A DNA stretch of 63,986 nucleotides, filler included, from Licmophora abbreviata (GCA_900291995.1; 17 parts of 17 records of this genome joined end to end with filler, not necessarily neighbours in it), one strand, 5' to 3'; shown: positions 31,076 through 42,196, numbered from the whole stretch's first letter. Numbers and translations are program-made. The notes: generated by a model not told the origin, from the sequence alone.

Positions 31076-33120
31076 CCTCGAGCATCGTTTTCGACCCGCT
31101 TTTGCCTGTCTGGCTGATTGCCGCGCTTGGCGCGATCATGGCCGCCGGCATTGCGCTGGCGCTCTGGCGGGGGCTGTCGGGCTGGCCCTTGCGGGCGCTG
31201 GCGGGGCTGGTGATCCTCGGAGCGCTCATGGGGCCGGTCTATCAACAGGAAGACCGCCAGCCCTTGAACGATATCGTGCTGATCGTAGAAGACCAAAGCG
31301 CCAGTCAGCGTCTTGCCGACCGGGCGGCGATGACCAGCTCGGCTGCCGATGATCTGGAAGCCCGGCTCGAGGCGCGCGACAACACCGAGGTGCGCCGCAT
31401 CACCGTGCCCGACGGCGCCGACAACAGCGGCACCCAGGCCATGACCGCCCTTTCCGAAGCGTTGGCCGAAGAACCCCGTGGCCGCATTGCCGGGGCGATC
31501 CTGCTGTCCGATGGCCAATTGCATGACATCGACCGCGCCCCCGATCTGCCCGCGCCGCTGCACCTTCTGCATACGGGCCGCGCCGCCGATTGGGACCGCC
31601 GCCTCGAGATCCGCAACGCCCCGGCCTTCGCCATTCTGGGCGAGGAAGTGATCCTCACCCTGACGATCACCGATGACGGCGCCGCCCCCGAAGGTATCCG
31701 CCGCGTGCCGCTCGACATCTCGGTCGATGGCGCCGAACCTCAGCGCTTCGAGGTGCCCCTTGGCCGCGAAGTCGACCTGCCGCTGACCCTGCCGCATGGT
31801 GGACGCAACGTGCTGCAATTCACCACCCCCTTCGCCGAGGGCGAGTTGACCGACCGCAACAATGCCGCGCTGGTGCAGATCAACGGTGTGCGTGACCGTC
31901 TGTCGGTTCTTCTGGTCTCGGGCGAGCCTCATGCAGGCGGGCGCACATGGCGCAACCTGCTGAAATCCGACAGCTCGGTCGATCTGGTGCATTTCACCAT
32001 CCTGCGCCCCCCCGAGAAACAGGATGGCGTGCCGGTCCGCGAATTGTCGCTGATCGCCTTTCCCACCCGCGAGCTGTTCCTCGAAAAGATCGAGGATTTC
32101 GACCTCATCATCTTCGACCGCTACAAGCGGCGCGGCATCCTGCCGTCGATCTATCTGGACAATGTGCGCAACTATGTCGAACGGGGCGGTGCGGTGCTGA
32201 TTGCGGCTGGCCCCGATTTCGCCTCGGCCGACAGCCTGTATCGCACGCCGCTTGAATCGATCGTCCCGGCCCGCCCGACGGCCCGCGTCTTGGAAGAACG
32301 CTATCGCCCCAAAGTGTCCGAACTGGGTCAGCGTCACCCCGTGACCGCCGGGCTGGAGCAGGAATATGACGGCGAATGGGGGCGCTGGATGCGTCAGATC
32401 GAGGTGGAGCAAGCCACCGGCGATGTGGTCATGACCGGCAAGGATGACCGCCCGCTTCTGGTGCTCGACCGCGTCGGCGAGGGGCGTGTGGCGCTTCTGG
32501 CCTCGGACCATGCATGGCTGTGGAACCGGGGCTATGAGGGCGGCGGCCCGCAACTGGAATTGCTGCGCCGCCTTGCCCATTGGATGATGAAGGAACCCGA
32601 GCTCGAGGAAGAGGCGCTTTGGGCCGAAGCCACGGGCCAGCAGATGCGCGTGATCCGACGCTCGCTCACCGATGATGTCGGGCCTGTCACGATCACCACA
32701 CCGTCGGGTGACACGATTGAAAGGGACCTCGAAGAAGTCAGTCCCGGCCGCTTCGAGACGCTGTATGACGGCCCCGAGATCGGTCTCTACCGGCTGGAAA
32801 ACGGCGAACAATCCGCCGTGATCGGGCTTGGCCCCGCAGCGCCCGTGGAATTCGAACAGACCATCGCCAGCGCCTCGGCCCTGCAACCAGTGCTGGAGCG
32901 CACCGGCGGCGGCGCAAAGGCGCTGGAGGATGGGCTGCCGCGCATCCGCGAGGTCCGCGAGGGACGTCCGGCATCGGGTCGTGGCTGGATCGGCATCACG
33001 CCGCGTGGCGCGTTCGAAACCGCCTCTGTCACTCAGACCCCGCTTTTGCCCGCCTGGGCGGTGTTGCTGCTCGTCTCCGGCCTCATTCTCGGAGGCTGGC
33101 TGCGCGAAGGCCGACGCTAA
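31072..33120 (+). CDS. Conserved membrane protein with vWA-like and glutamine-amidotransferase-like domains
   Basis: DQSAS, LSDGQ, SGEPHAGGRTWRNLLKSD, WLW.RG; TM at both ends. Confidence 0.8.
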   Translation: MTSSIVFDPLLPVWLIAALGAIMAAGIALALWRGLSGWPLRALAGLVILGALMGPVYQQEDRQPLNDIVLIVEDQSASQRLADRAAMTSSAADDLEARLEARDNTEVRRITVPDGADNSGTQAMTALSEALAEEPRGRIAGAILLSDGQLHDIDRAPDLPAPLHLLHTGRAADWDRRLEIRNAPAFAILGEEVILTLTITDDGAAPEGIRRVPLDISVDGAEPQRFEVPLGREVDLPLTLPHGGRNVLQFTTPFAEGELTDRNNAALVQINGVRDRLSVLLVSGEPHAGGRTWRNLLKSDSSVDLVHFTILRPPEKQDGVPVRELSLIAFPTRELFLEKIEDFDLIIFDRYKRRGILPSIYLDNVRNYVERGGAVLIAAGPDFASADSLYRTPLESIVPARPTARVLEERYRPKVSELGQRHPVTAGLEQEYDGEWGRWMRQIEVEQATGDVVMTGKDDRPLLVLDRVGEGRVALLASDHAWLWNRGYEGGGPQLELLRRLAHWMMKEPELEEEALWAEATGQQMRVIRRSLTDDVGPVTITTPSGDTIERDLEEVSPGRFETLYDGPEIGLYRLENGEQSAVIGLGPAAPVEFEQTIASASALQPVLERTGGGAKALEDGLPRIREVREGRPASGRGWIGITPRGAFETASVTQTPLLPAWAVLLLVSGLILGGWLREGRR

Positions 33121-33175
33121 GCGATTCATTTCATGCTAAAACACCGGGTCCTTGTGCCGTTCTCTTCGGTGAGAC

Positions 33176-34591
33176 ATGCACACAAAGGATCTCAACGTGA
33201 CACTTGATATTTCATCCGCTGGATCCCTGAGCGAGGCCGACTCGGCGCTGCTGGATATGGTCAATCGCACTCAGGCGGTCATTCATTTCACCGTCGATGG
33301 CACCATTATCGAGGCGAACAAGAACTTTCTCGCGGCGGTCGAATACCGCGCAGAGGATGTGGCCGGCAACCATCACCGGATTTTCGTCGATCCCGAATAC
33401 GCCCGCAGCAGCGAATATACCCGGTTCTGGGACCGTCTGCGCGAAGGTCACAGTTTTTCGGATCAATTTCCGCGCCGCACCCGCACGGGCCGCAGGCTCT
33501 GGATTCAGGCGACCTATGCGCCCGTGTTCGACGAGTTTCGCAAGGTCGTCCGCGTCGTCAAGATCGCCACTGACATCACCGAACGCCGCGAAGCGATCGA
33601 GGATGTGGCCAAAGCCCTTGACCGTCTGCGCGATGGCGATCTGACCCATCGCGTCCAGGTCAGCAAACTTTCCGACATCGCGATTCTCGGTGAGGCGTTC
33701 AACAACACGGTCGAAGGCTGGAATGCTCTTCTGGGGCGCGTCTCGTCCGTGACGGGCACGGTCCGGAAAATCAGCGATCAGGTGCAGCTGTCATCCGAAA
33801 ACCTGTCCGAGCGCACATCGACACAATCCGCCGCTCTCAGCCAGACAGCCGCGGCCGTCGAACAACTCACCGAAACCATGCGCGTTGCCTCCGAAGAGGC
33901 GCAGCGCGCCAATGTGATCGCCAGCTCCTCCAGTTCCAAGACCGAAGGCAGCAGCCGGCTTGTCGAAGACGTGATGGAGGCAATGACCCTCATTCAGAAA
34001 TCCTCGGGCCGCATCTCGAACATCGTCACGGCGATCGATGCGATCTCGGTGCAGACCAACCTTCTGGCGCTCAACGCCGCCATCGAAGCCGCCCGTGCCG
34101 GTCCTGCCGGGCGTGGCTTTGCCGTTGTCGCCTCCGAAGTGCGCCAGCTTGCGCAGCGCAGTTCAGACTCCGCGCGCGAAATCGCCGAGCTGATCGCTGA
34201 AAGTGCGCGCCATGTCTCGGACGGGGTGGATCTGGTGAATCGCGCTGGTCAGGATCTGGGTGAAATCTTCGATGGCGTCGGCGGGCTTTCCGAAATCGTC
34301 GGGCGCATCGCGCATGGCTTCAGCGACCAGTCCGCGACCCTGTCGCAGATCAACAGCGCCATTTGTCAGCTTGACCGTGTGACGCAGGAAAATGCCGAAA
34401 TGGTGGTGCAAAGCACGTCAGCCTCACGGCTGCTGTCGCAAGCATCGGCCAGCCTTGCCGGCGAGATCGATAGCTTCCATACCGACGCTGCGAAGGCCGC
34501 CGGTCCGCAGTCGCTCCGTTCGCAGAATGATCCGCAGCGCAATGGCGCAGCCCCGTATCCGGGTTTCAACGGCAACGGGCTTGCGCATTAA
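33176..34591 (+). CDS. Soluble PAS-domain methyl-accepting chemotaxis protein
   Basis: PAS ([28 protein letters not shown]); [17 protein letters not shown]...[13 protein letters not shown]; no TM. Confidence 0.93.
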   Translation: MHTKDLNVTLDISSAGSLSEADSALLDMVNRTQAVIHFTVDGTIIEANKNFLAAVEYRAEDVAGNHHRIFVDPEYARSSEYTRFWDRLREGHSFSDQFPRRTRTGRRLWIQATYAPVFDEFRKVVRVVKIATDITERREAIEDVAKALDRLRDGDLTHRVQVSKLSDIAILGEAFNNTVEGWNALLGRVSSVTGTVRKISDQVQLSSENLSERTSTQSAALSQTAAAVEQLTETMRVASEEAQRANVIASSSSSKTEGSSRLVEDVMEAMTLIQKSSGRISNIVTAIDAISVQTNLLALNAAIEAARAGPAGRGFAVVASEVRQLAQRSSDSAREIAELIAESARHVSDGVDLVNRAGQDLGEIFDGVGGLSEIVGRIAHGFSDQSATLSQINSAICQLDRVTQENAEMVVQSTSASRLLSQASASLAGEIDSFHTDAAKAAGPQSLRSQNDPQRNGAAPYPGFNGNGLAH

Positions 34592-34668
34592 CGCAAGGCG
34601 CGCGTGCCCTCGATAGGGTGGGCTGTGATAGGATAGGGCGGCGCGGTGATCCGTGCCGCCCTATCCCG

Positions 34669-35382
34669 TCAGTCGGTTCCGCCGGAGTTTTCGGGTTCCA
34701 TCAGAACTGTCCGCGAATGCGACGCGAATTCCCGGCGCAGCAGCACAAGGCAGGTCAGGCCCGCCGCTACGATCAGCGCCTCCGCACCCAACAGCCAGAC
34801 TGTCGCCGCCAACGCGAAATAAACCGACCGCAGCCCCCGGTTGAAGCTTTTGGCTGCGGTGATGTTAATCTCTCCTGCCTTTGCGGCACGCTTCGCCGCC
34901 AGCGGATTGTCGGCCTCGTTCGGCACCGCCGCCATCAGCACGGCGCAATAGCCGAACAACCGGTTTGACCAGACGAACTTGAGAAACCCGTTGGCGAGGA
35001 AAAGGATCAACACCAGAACCTTGACCTCCCAGACGATCCTCGGGTCCGCGCCCAGTGTCAGGTCTTTGGCGACCCCGATGAATCTCTCCATGTTCCCGAA
35101 AAGCGCAAAGCATCCGCCGATTGCGATCATCGTTGCCGAGGCGAAAAAAGAGGTGCCCTGTCTGAGCGTCGCAAGGATCTGTGCATCGAATATGCGCGGA
35201 TCCCGCGTGATCATCTGCACCAGCCATTCCCGCCGGTACTGAGCCATCAGAACCGATACCGAGGGATATTTTCGTGGTGGATTTTCAATCACATAACCGA
35301 TAATGATCCACCCGCCGAACAACACGGTGGCAGCGACATAATCCAATGTCGAAAACAAGCTCAGGCGATCCATCCAATTCAT
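34669..35382 (-). CDS. DUF599 family membrane protein
   Basis: YRREW, GTSFFASA, FNRGLRSVYF, RREF. Confidence 0.85.
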   Translation of the reverse strand: MNWMDRLSLFSTLDYVAATVLFGGWIIIGYVIENPPRKYPSVSVLMAQYRREWLVQMITRDPRIFDAQILATLRQGTSFFASATMIAIGGCFALFGNMERFIGVAKDLTLGADPRIVWEVKVLVLILFLANGFLKFVWSNRLFGYCAVLMAAVPNEADNPLAAKRAAKAGEINITAAKSFNRGLRSVYFALAATVWLLGAEALIVAAGLTCLVLLRREFASHSRTVLMEPENSGGTD

Positions 35383-35426
35383 GCCTGCACGATACAGCCG
35401 ACAAGAACAACTTGCCAGACGCTGAA

Positions 35427-35449
35427 ATTGGTTATATTTTATTACCAAT
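35427..35449. promoter_or_regulatory. GlcC/LldR-like (FadR subfamily) operator upstream of glcD
   Basis: Inverted repeat ATTGGT-N11-ACCAAT directly before the glcD RBS. Confidence 0.5.
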
Positions 35450-35463
35450 AGGGAGGATCGCCG

Positions 35464-36976
35464 ATGGAAATGCCACGTCCCAACCCGGACATCATTGCGC
35501 GCAAGGCCGAGCTGGTCTCGCGCCTGCTGGAGGTATTGCCCGCGGATGCGGTGATCTCCGATCCGTCCGAAACCCGTGCCTACGAATGCGACGCGCTGAC
35601 GGCCTACAAATGTCCGCCGCTGGCCGCGATACTGCCCTCCTCCACGCAGCAGGTCTCGGATGCCTTGCGCATCTGTCACGAGATGGGCGTGCCGGTGGTG
35701 CCGCGCGGCTCGGGCACATCTCTGGCCGGGGGCGCCCTGCCCACCGCCGACAGCGTGATTCTCGGCGTGGCGCGCCTCAATGACGTGCTGGACACCGACT
35801 ATGACAATCGGATCATCAAGGTGCAGACCGGTCGCACCAATCTGTCCGTGACCGGCGCCGTCGAGGAACACGGGTTCTTCTATGCCCCCGACCCCTCCAG
35901 CCAGCTGGCCTGCGCCATCGCCGGCAACATCGCCATGAATTCAGGCGGCGCGCATTGCCTGAAATACGGCGTGACCACGAACAACCTTATGGGCGTCACG
36001 ATGGTGTTGATGGATGGCACCATCATGGAACTTGGCGGCGCGCATCTCGATGCGCCGGGCTATGATCTCTTGGGCCTGATCTGCGGCTCCGAAGGGCAAC
36101 TTGGCGTGGTCACCGAAGCTACCCTGCGGATCCTTCACAAGCCCGAAGGCGCCCGCCCGGTCCTGATGGGCTTTGACAGCAACGAGGTGGCGGGCCAATG
36201 CGTCTCGGACATCATCAAGGCCGGTGTCCTGCCGGTCGCGATCGAGTTCATGGACCGCCCCTGCATCCGTGCCTGCGAGGCGTTCGCCAAGGCCGGCTAC
36301 CCCGATTGCGAGGCGCTTCTGATCGTCGAGGTCGAAGGCTCGGNNNNNNNNNNNNNNNNNNNNNNNNNNNNNNNNNNNNNNNNNNNNTTAATTAATTAAN
36401 NNNNNNNNNNNNNNNNNNNNNNNNNNNNNNNNNNNNNNNNNNNCCATCATGGGCATCGCGCGCACCCACAATCCGGTGGAGTTGCGTCAAAGCACCTCCG
36501 CCGAGGAGAGCGCCCGCATCTGGCTGGGCCGCAAATCCGCGTTCGGCGCCATGGGCCAGATCAACGATTACATGTGCCTCGACGGCACCATCCCGGTCAG
36601 TCAGCTTCCTTTCGTCCTCAAGCGGATCGGCGAGATGTCCAAGGAGTTCGGTCTCGACGTGGCCAATGTGTTCCATGCCGGTGACGGCAACATGCACCCG
36701 CTGATCCTGTTCGACGCCAACAAGCCCGGCGATCTGGAACTCTGCGAGGCGTTCGGCGCCGAGATCCTCAAGCTGTGTGTCGAGGTGGGCGGCTGCCTGA
36801 CCGGCGAACACGGTGTCGGCATCGAAAAGCGCGATCTGATGGTCGATCAATACGCGGCTCAGGATCTGGAAATGCAGATGGCGGTCAAGGACGTGTTCGA
36901 TCCGAAATGGTTGTTGAACCCGGCCAAGGTCTTCCCGCTACAATCCAGTGAATCCCACCGTATCGCCGCCGAATGA
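35464..36976 (+). CDS. glcD: Glycolate oxidase subunit GlcD (linker 36344-36443)
   Basis: PRGSGT, PDPSSQ, GGAHCLKYG, FHAGDGNMHP, GEHGVG.EK, LNPAK. Confidence 0.92.
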
Positions 36977-37028
36977 CGGCGCTGTGCCGTCCATCCGCCT
37001 GCAATGCCTGCCTCGGAGTATCACCGCA

Positions 37029-38007
37029 ATGACCATCCTCACCCCCGAGAGCGAGGCCGATCTTGCCGCCATCGTCGCCAGTGCCGACACGCCCTTTCAC
37101 GTACAGGGCGGCGGCACCCGTCCGATTGGTGGGCCAACCAACGGCACCCCGCTCAGCACGGCGGGCTTGTCCGGCATCGAACTCTATGAGCCGGGGTCTC
37201 TGACCCTTGTGGTGCGAGCGGGCACCCCAGTGGCCGAAGTCGAAGCCACCCTCGCCGCTGAAAATCAGCGCCTCGCCTTCGAGCCGATGGATCATCGCGG
37301 CCTTCTGGGCACCAAGGGCGAGCCGACGATCGGCGGTGTGATCGGCGCGAATGTCTCCGGCCGCGCCGTATTCAGGCCGGTGCCGCCCGTGACTTCCTGC
37401 TCGGCGTGCGCTTCGTCGATGGGTCAGGACAGGTGATCCGCAATGGCGGCCGCGTGATGAAGAACGTGACCGGCTATGATCTGGTCAAGCTATTGGCCGG
37501 AAGCTACGGCACCCTTGGCATCTTGACCGAAGTGGCGCTCAAGGTGCTGCCCGATACCGTCACCACAGCCACCTTGTCGATCCTCGGGCTGGATGATGTA
37601 TCGGCGGTTGCGGCGCTGTCGCGGGCTCTTGGATCGCCCTTCGAGGTGACAGGCGCCGTGCATCTGCCACNNNNNNNNNNNNNNNNNNNNNNNNNNNNNN
37701 NNNNNNNNNNNNNNTTAATTAATTAANNNNNNNNNNNNNNNNNNNNNNNNNNNNNNNNNNNNNNNNNNNNCTTTACGATTGGGGCGGGGGGCTGATCTGG
37801 CTTCTGGCCCCCCAAGGCACAGCCCCCGCCGTGATCCGCCAGCCCGTGGACGATGCGGGCGGCCATGCCACGCTGATCCGGGGAAATCGGAACGCGGGCG
37901 TGTTTCATCCGCTGCCCGCGCCGGTGGCCGCGCTGCAGGACGGGCTGCGCCGCAAGTTCGATCCGAACGGGCTGTTCAATCCCGGGCTGATGGGACAGAC
38001 CGCATGA
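37029..38007 (+). CDS. glcE: Glycolate oxidase subunit GlcE; 1-bp frameshift near 37361 and linker 37671-37770
   Basis: [26 protein letters not shown]; adding one C restores SGPRRIQAG. Confidence 0.88.
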
Positions 38008-38372
38008 CACTGGCGCTGACCTTTCTTCTGATCTTCGGCGTTGGCCCGGCGATGTTCATCGGCTTGTGCCGCCTATCGCCCGATATGCGCGGGGTGGCTT
38101 CCTTGTGGGTGCTCGCGGGCGGCTGTACCGGCGTGGCCTTCGCGGTGAAATCGGGTGCGGTCACGTTTGGTCTTGGTGCAACGGCGCAAGCCCTTGTGCC
38201 GCTGGCGGCACTTTGGCTGGCGTGGATCGCGGTGCTGGCGCTGTGCATGCTGGCGATCCGCGCCCGCGTGCAGGACCCCGCCACCCTTCGGTGGGCGCAT
38301 GCCATCGGCGCAATGGCCACGACACTGCCCTGGTTCGGGCTCTACACGGCACAAATGGTGAGCGAACGATGA
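38004..38372 (+). CDS. Hydrophobic hypothetical membrane protein (122 aa)
   Basis: ATGA overlaps with both the glcE stop and the glcF start; about four hydrophobic segments. Confidence 0.75.
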   Translation: MTLALTFLLIFGVGPAMFIGLCRLSPDMRGVASLWVLAGGCTGVAFAVKSGAVTFGLGATAQALVPLAALWLAWIAVLALCMLAIRARVQDPATLRWAHAIGAMATTLPWFGLYTAQMVSER

Positions 38373-39776
38373 AAACCGAATTCACGGCTGCACAACTGCA
38401 AGACCCCGCTATCGCGCGCTCCAATCAGATCCTGCGCGCCTGTGTGCATTGCGGCTTCTGCACCGCCACATGCCCGACCTATCAGGTGCTCGGCGACGAG
38501 CTCGACAGCCCCCGTGGCCGCATCTATCTCATCAAGGACATGCTGGAAAACGAGCGTGTGCCCGATGAAAAGACCGTCAACCATATCGACCGCTGCCTGA
38601 GCTGTCTTGCCTGCATGACAACCTGTCCATCGGGCGTGCATTACATGCATCTCGTGGATCACGCCCGCGACTATATCGAAAAGCGCTACAAGCGCCCCTT
38701 CGGGGATCGCGCCCTGCGCTGGATCCTGGCGCGGATCCTGCCCTATCCGATGCGCTTCCGCGTGGCACTTCTGGGGGCCAAAATCGGCAGGCCCTTCGCG
38801 GCGCTGATGCCCGATGCCCGGCTCCGGGCGATGCTCGAAATGGCACCGAAACAGGTGCCCCCCGTCAGCCGGAACGACGATCCGCAGACCTTTGCCGCCC
38901 ATGGCACCCCGCGCAAGCGCGTGGCCCTGATGACCGGCTGCGCGCAACGGGCGCTGAACACCGACATCAATGATGCCACCATCCGCTTGCTGACCCGTCT
39001 GGGCTGCGAGGTGGTCATCGCCGAAGGGGCGGGCTGCTGCGGGGCGCTGACGCATCACATGGGCAAGACCGACGAAAGCCACCGCACCGCCGCCCGCAAT
39101 ATCGAGGCCTGGACCCGCGAGATCGACGGCAAGGGGCTGGATGCCGTCGTCATCAACACCTCGGGCTGCGGCACCACGGTCAAGGATTACGGCCATATGT
39201 TCCGCGACCACGCCTTGTCTGAGCAGGCCACCACCGTGGNNNNNNNNNNNNNNNNNNNNNNNNNNNNNNNNNNNNNNNNNNNNTTAATTAATTAANNNNN
39301 NNNNNNNNNNNNNNNNNNNNNNNNNNNNNNNNNNNNNNNAGCTTCTGATGCAGCTCGATCTGCCCGAGGGCGCGGCGCGCGAGATGACCGTCGCCTATCA
39401 CGCCGCCTGTTCGCTCCAGCATGGCCAGCAGATCAAGACCTATCCCAAGGACCTGCTCAAGCGCGCGGGCTTCACCGTGGTTGAGCCTGCCGACAGCCAT
39501 CTGTGCTGCGGCAGCGCGGGCACCTACAACCTGATGCAGCCCGAGATCTCGCGCCAACTCAAAGCGCGCAAGGTCCGCACTCTCGAGGCTCGCAATCCCG
39601 ATGTGATCGCCGCAGGCAATATCGGCTGCATGATGCAGATCGGCTCGGCCACGGGCATTCCCGTCGTCCATACCGTCGAGCTTCTGGACTGGGCCACCGG
39701 CGGCCCGATGCCCCCTGCGATGCAAGCCGGTCACAGTGCCGAACCCCAAATACCGAACCTGCGCGGCGCGCCTTAA
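38369..39776 (+). CDS. glcF: Glycolate oxidase iron-sulfur subunit GlcF (linker 39240-39339)
   Basis: CVHCGFCTATCP, CLSCLACMTTCP, two CCG domains. Confidence 0.93.
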
Positions 39777-39825
39777 TTTCGTCCCACAACCGGTCTAGCG
39801 TTTCGCCAATTCGACCGGAGGGACC

Positions 39826-40626
39826 ATGCTGAAACGCCTGTGCATCACACTCGCCCTTTGCCTGTCCGGCGCCGCCTCGGCGCAGGACAGCCGGCTCGAG
39901 CGGCTCGATACCGGCGATGATGGCCGGGGCTGGGAAGCCGTGGGGCGGCTGGATATCGGCGGTCACGGCTTTTGCACCGGCGCCCTGATCGCGCCCGGCC
40001 TGGTGTTGACGGCGGCGCATTGCCTGTTCGACCGCGACAGCGGCGCGCGCGTCGATCACGAACGCATCGAATTCCTGGCGGGCTGGCGCAATGGCCGTGC
40101 CTCGGCCTATCGTTGGGTGCGCCGCGCGGTGATCCACCCCTCCTATGATTACTCCGGCTCCATGATCGCCGACAGGGTGCGCCACGATGTGGCCCTGCTC
40201 GAATTGCACCACCCGATCCGCAACACGCAGGTGATCCCATTCCAGACCGACAGCGACCCGGTCACCGGCCAGAAAATCGGCGTTGTCAGCTATGCGCGGG
40301 GCCGCTCGGACGCGCCCTCGCTGCAGCAGGTTTGCGATGTGATGGCCAGCCAGCAGGGGATGCTCGTCACGTCTTGTGATGTCGATTTCGGCGCCTCGGG
40401 CGCGCCCATCTTCTCGTTCCAGAACGGTCAGCCGCGGATCGTCTCGGTCGTCTCCGCCATGGCCGATCTCAAGGGCCAGAAGGTCTCTCTGGCCGCTCCG
40501 CTTGCCGCTCCCCTGCAAGAGCTGATGGCCCTGCTTGACGGCACCGCCAGCCCCGACGCGGCGCCCAAGCGTATGTTCACCACCGGTGCCGCCCGCGACA
40601 CCGGCGCGAAATTCGCCAAGCCGTGA
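39826..40626 (+). CDS. Secreted trypsin-like (V8/glutamyl endopeptidase-like) serine protease 1
   Basis: Signal peptide; CTGALI, LTAAHC, DVALL, GASGAP. Confidence 0.9.
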   Translation: MLKRLCITLALCLSGAASAQDSRLERLDTGDDGRGWEAVGRLDIGGHGFCTGALIAPGLVLTAAHCLFDRDSGARVDHERIEFLAGWRNGRASAYRWVRRAVIHPSYDYSGSMIADRVRHDVALLELHHPIRNTQVIPFQTDSDPVTGQKIGVVSYARGRSDAPSLQQVCDVMASQQGMLVTSCDVDFGASGAPIFSFQNGQPRIVSVVSAMADLKGQKVSLAAPLAAPLQELMALLDGTASPDAAPKRMFTTGAARDTGAKFAKP

Positions 40627-40747
40627 CGCGTCTGCGGGCCATTCNNNNNNNNNNNNNNNNNNNNNNNNNNNNNNNNNNNNNNNNNNNNTTAATTAATTAA
40701 NNNNNNNNNNNNNNNNNNNNNNNNNNNNNNNNNNNNNNNNNNNNGCC

Positions 40748-41566
40748 GTGACGCGTCTGCGGGCCATTCTCGGCGCAGTCCTGTGCTGCGGGCTTTGGGC
40801 CGCTCCGCTCATGGCCGACACCACGGGCCTCATGCGCCTCACCGACCGTGACGACCTCTTCGGCTGGGAGGCCGTGGGCCGTGTCGATCTGGGCCAGTCG
40901 GGCTATTGCACCGGCGTGCTCATCGCCCCTGACCTCGTGCTGACCGCCGCCCACTGCCTTTTTGATGCACAGCACCGGCCCCGCCCCGCTGACACCATCC
41001 GTTTTCGCGCAGGGCTTCGCGATGGCGCGGTGATCGCCGAACGTGGCGTCGCGCGCCATGCGGCGCCCAAGGCCTATGATCCCGCCGCCGGCATGACCGC
41101 CGACAATGTCCGCATCGATGCCGCCCTCTTGCAGTTGGCCACACCCATCGAAACCGCTCTGGCCGCTCCGTTCCTCCTGCATGGCGCGCCGCGCGCCGAT
41201 CTTCGGGTCAGCGTCGTGTCTTATGGCCAGAACCGGGATGCGGCCCCCTCGTGGCAGCGCGAATGCGGGCTGGACTGGCATCAGGACGGGATCATGGCCT
41301 TTGACTGCGACGTGACCTATGGCTCTTCGGGGGCGCCGGTCTTTGCCCGCGACGGGCATCGCGCGCGTATCCTGTCGGTCATCAGCGGCGGCGATCAAGG
41401 GGGGGACCGTCCTCTTGCCTATGGGATGGAGCTTGCGGCGCTGGTCGATCGGCTCAAGCGCGATCTGCGCGCGGCAACCCCCGCCCAACCCGTGAACACC
41501 GGCTTTCGCCGCGTGCAGGTGGGCGACACGCAGCGGGCCTCGGGCGCCAAGTTCTCACGTCCCTGA
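40748..41566 (+). CDS. Secreted trypsin-like serine protease 2 (same GTG start also appears at 40623 because the contigs overlap)
   Basis: Signal peptide; CTGVLI, LTAAHC, DAALL, GSSGAP. Confidence 0.9.
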   Translation: MTRLRAILGAVLCCGLWAAPLMADTTGLMRLTDRDDLFGWEAVGRVDLGQSGYCTGVLIAPDLVLTAAHCLFDAQHRPRPADTIRFRAGLRDGAVIAERGVARHAAPKAYDPAAGMTADNVRIDAALLQLATPIETALAAPFLLHGAPRADLRVSVVSYGQNRDAAPSWQRECGLDWHQDGIMAFDCDVTYGSSGAPVFARDGHRARILSVISGGDQGGDRPLAYGMELAALVDRLKRDLRAATPAQPVNTGFRRVQVGDTQRASGAKFSRP

Positions 41567-41583
41567 GACCGTGCCGCGCAGGT

Positions 41584-41612
41584 CTTGAAAGCCGCGCACC
41601 CTCTCCCCAGAT
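41584..41612 (+). promoter_or_regulatory. RpoH (sigma-32) promoter of ibpA
   Basis: CTTGAA -35 and CCCCAGAT -10 in front of a small heat-shock gene. Confidence 0.7.
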
Positions 41613-41619
41613 TCAAGGC

Positions 41620-41711
41620 GTCCCGGTGCCGCCATGCGGGCCGGACACGTACCGCCTGTCCCTTCGGGAAGGCATCACAACAGGTATCGCTCACAAGGAG
41701 GATGACCAATG
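41620..41711 (+). ncRNA. ROSE-type RNA thermometer (cis-regulatory 5' UTR)
   Basis: Two 5' hairpins (one with a TTCG loop), then GGTATCGCTC-ACAA-GGAGGATGACC, with the U(U/C)GCU motif pairing to the Shine-Dalgarno. Confidence 0.75.
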
Positions 41712-42182
41712 CGTAACTTTGATCTTGCACCCCTTTACCGGGCCACTGTCGGATTTGACCAGATCGCCGACATGATGGACCGTGTTCTGTCCAGTGAGAT
41801 GGCACAGCCCACCTATCCCCCCTACAACATCGAAAAAACCGCCGATGATGCCTATCGCATCTCGATCGCCGTTGCCGGCTTCGCCGACAGCGACCTGAGC
41901 GTCGAGGTCCGGGACGGCGCGCTGCTCGTCTCCGCCCGCAAGGCCGAGGATGACAGCACCCGCACCTTCCTGCATCGCGGCATCGCGACCCGCGCATTCG
42001 AACGCAAGTTCCAGCTGGCCGATCATGTCAAGGTGACCGGCGCAAGCCATGCCGACGGGATGCTGCATATCGACCTCGTCCGCGAGGTGCCCGAGGCGCT
42101 CAAACCCCGCCGGATCGAGATTGCCGGCACCCGCACCGTCGGCCACGAAAAAGACGTGGTCGATGCCGAAACGGTCAACTGA
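41709..42182 (+). CDS. ibpA: Small heat shock protein IbpA (Hsp20)
   Basis: TVGFD, YPPYNIE, LHRGIATRAFER.F.LA, PEALKPRRIEI. Confidence 0.93.
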   Translation: MRNFDLAPLYRATVGFDQIADMMDRVLSSEMAQPTYPPYNIEKTADDAYRISIAVAGFADSDLSVEVRDGALLVSARKAEDDSTRTFLHRGIATRAFERKFQLADHVKVTGASHADGMLHIDLVREVPEALKPRRIEIAGTRTVGHEKDVVDAETVN

Positions 42183-42196
42183 TCCCGAACCGTCTC

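Noticed and set aside
31033..33129. Long antisense ORFs (also 14935-16563, 51414-52757, 55744-57060, 2113-3249)
   Set aside because: They mirror well-supported genes on the opposite strand, as expected from high-GC codon bias, and show no recognisable motifs.
40620..40769. 25-bp direct repeat flanking a gap
   Set aside because: Identical contig-end overlap; merging gives a normal GTGA stop/start junction between the two protease genes.
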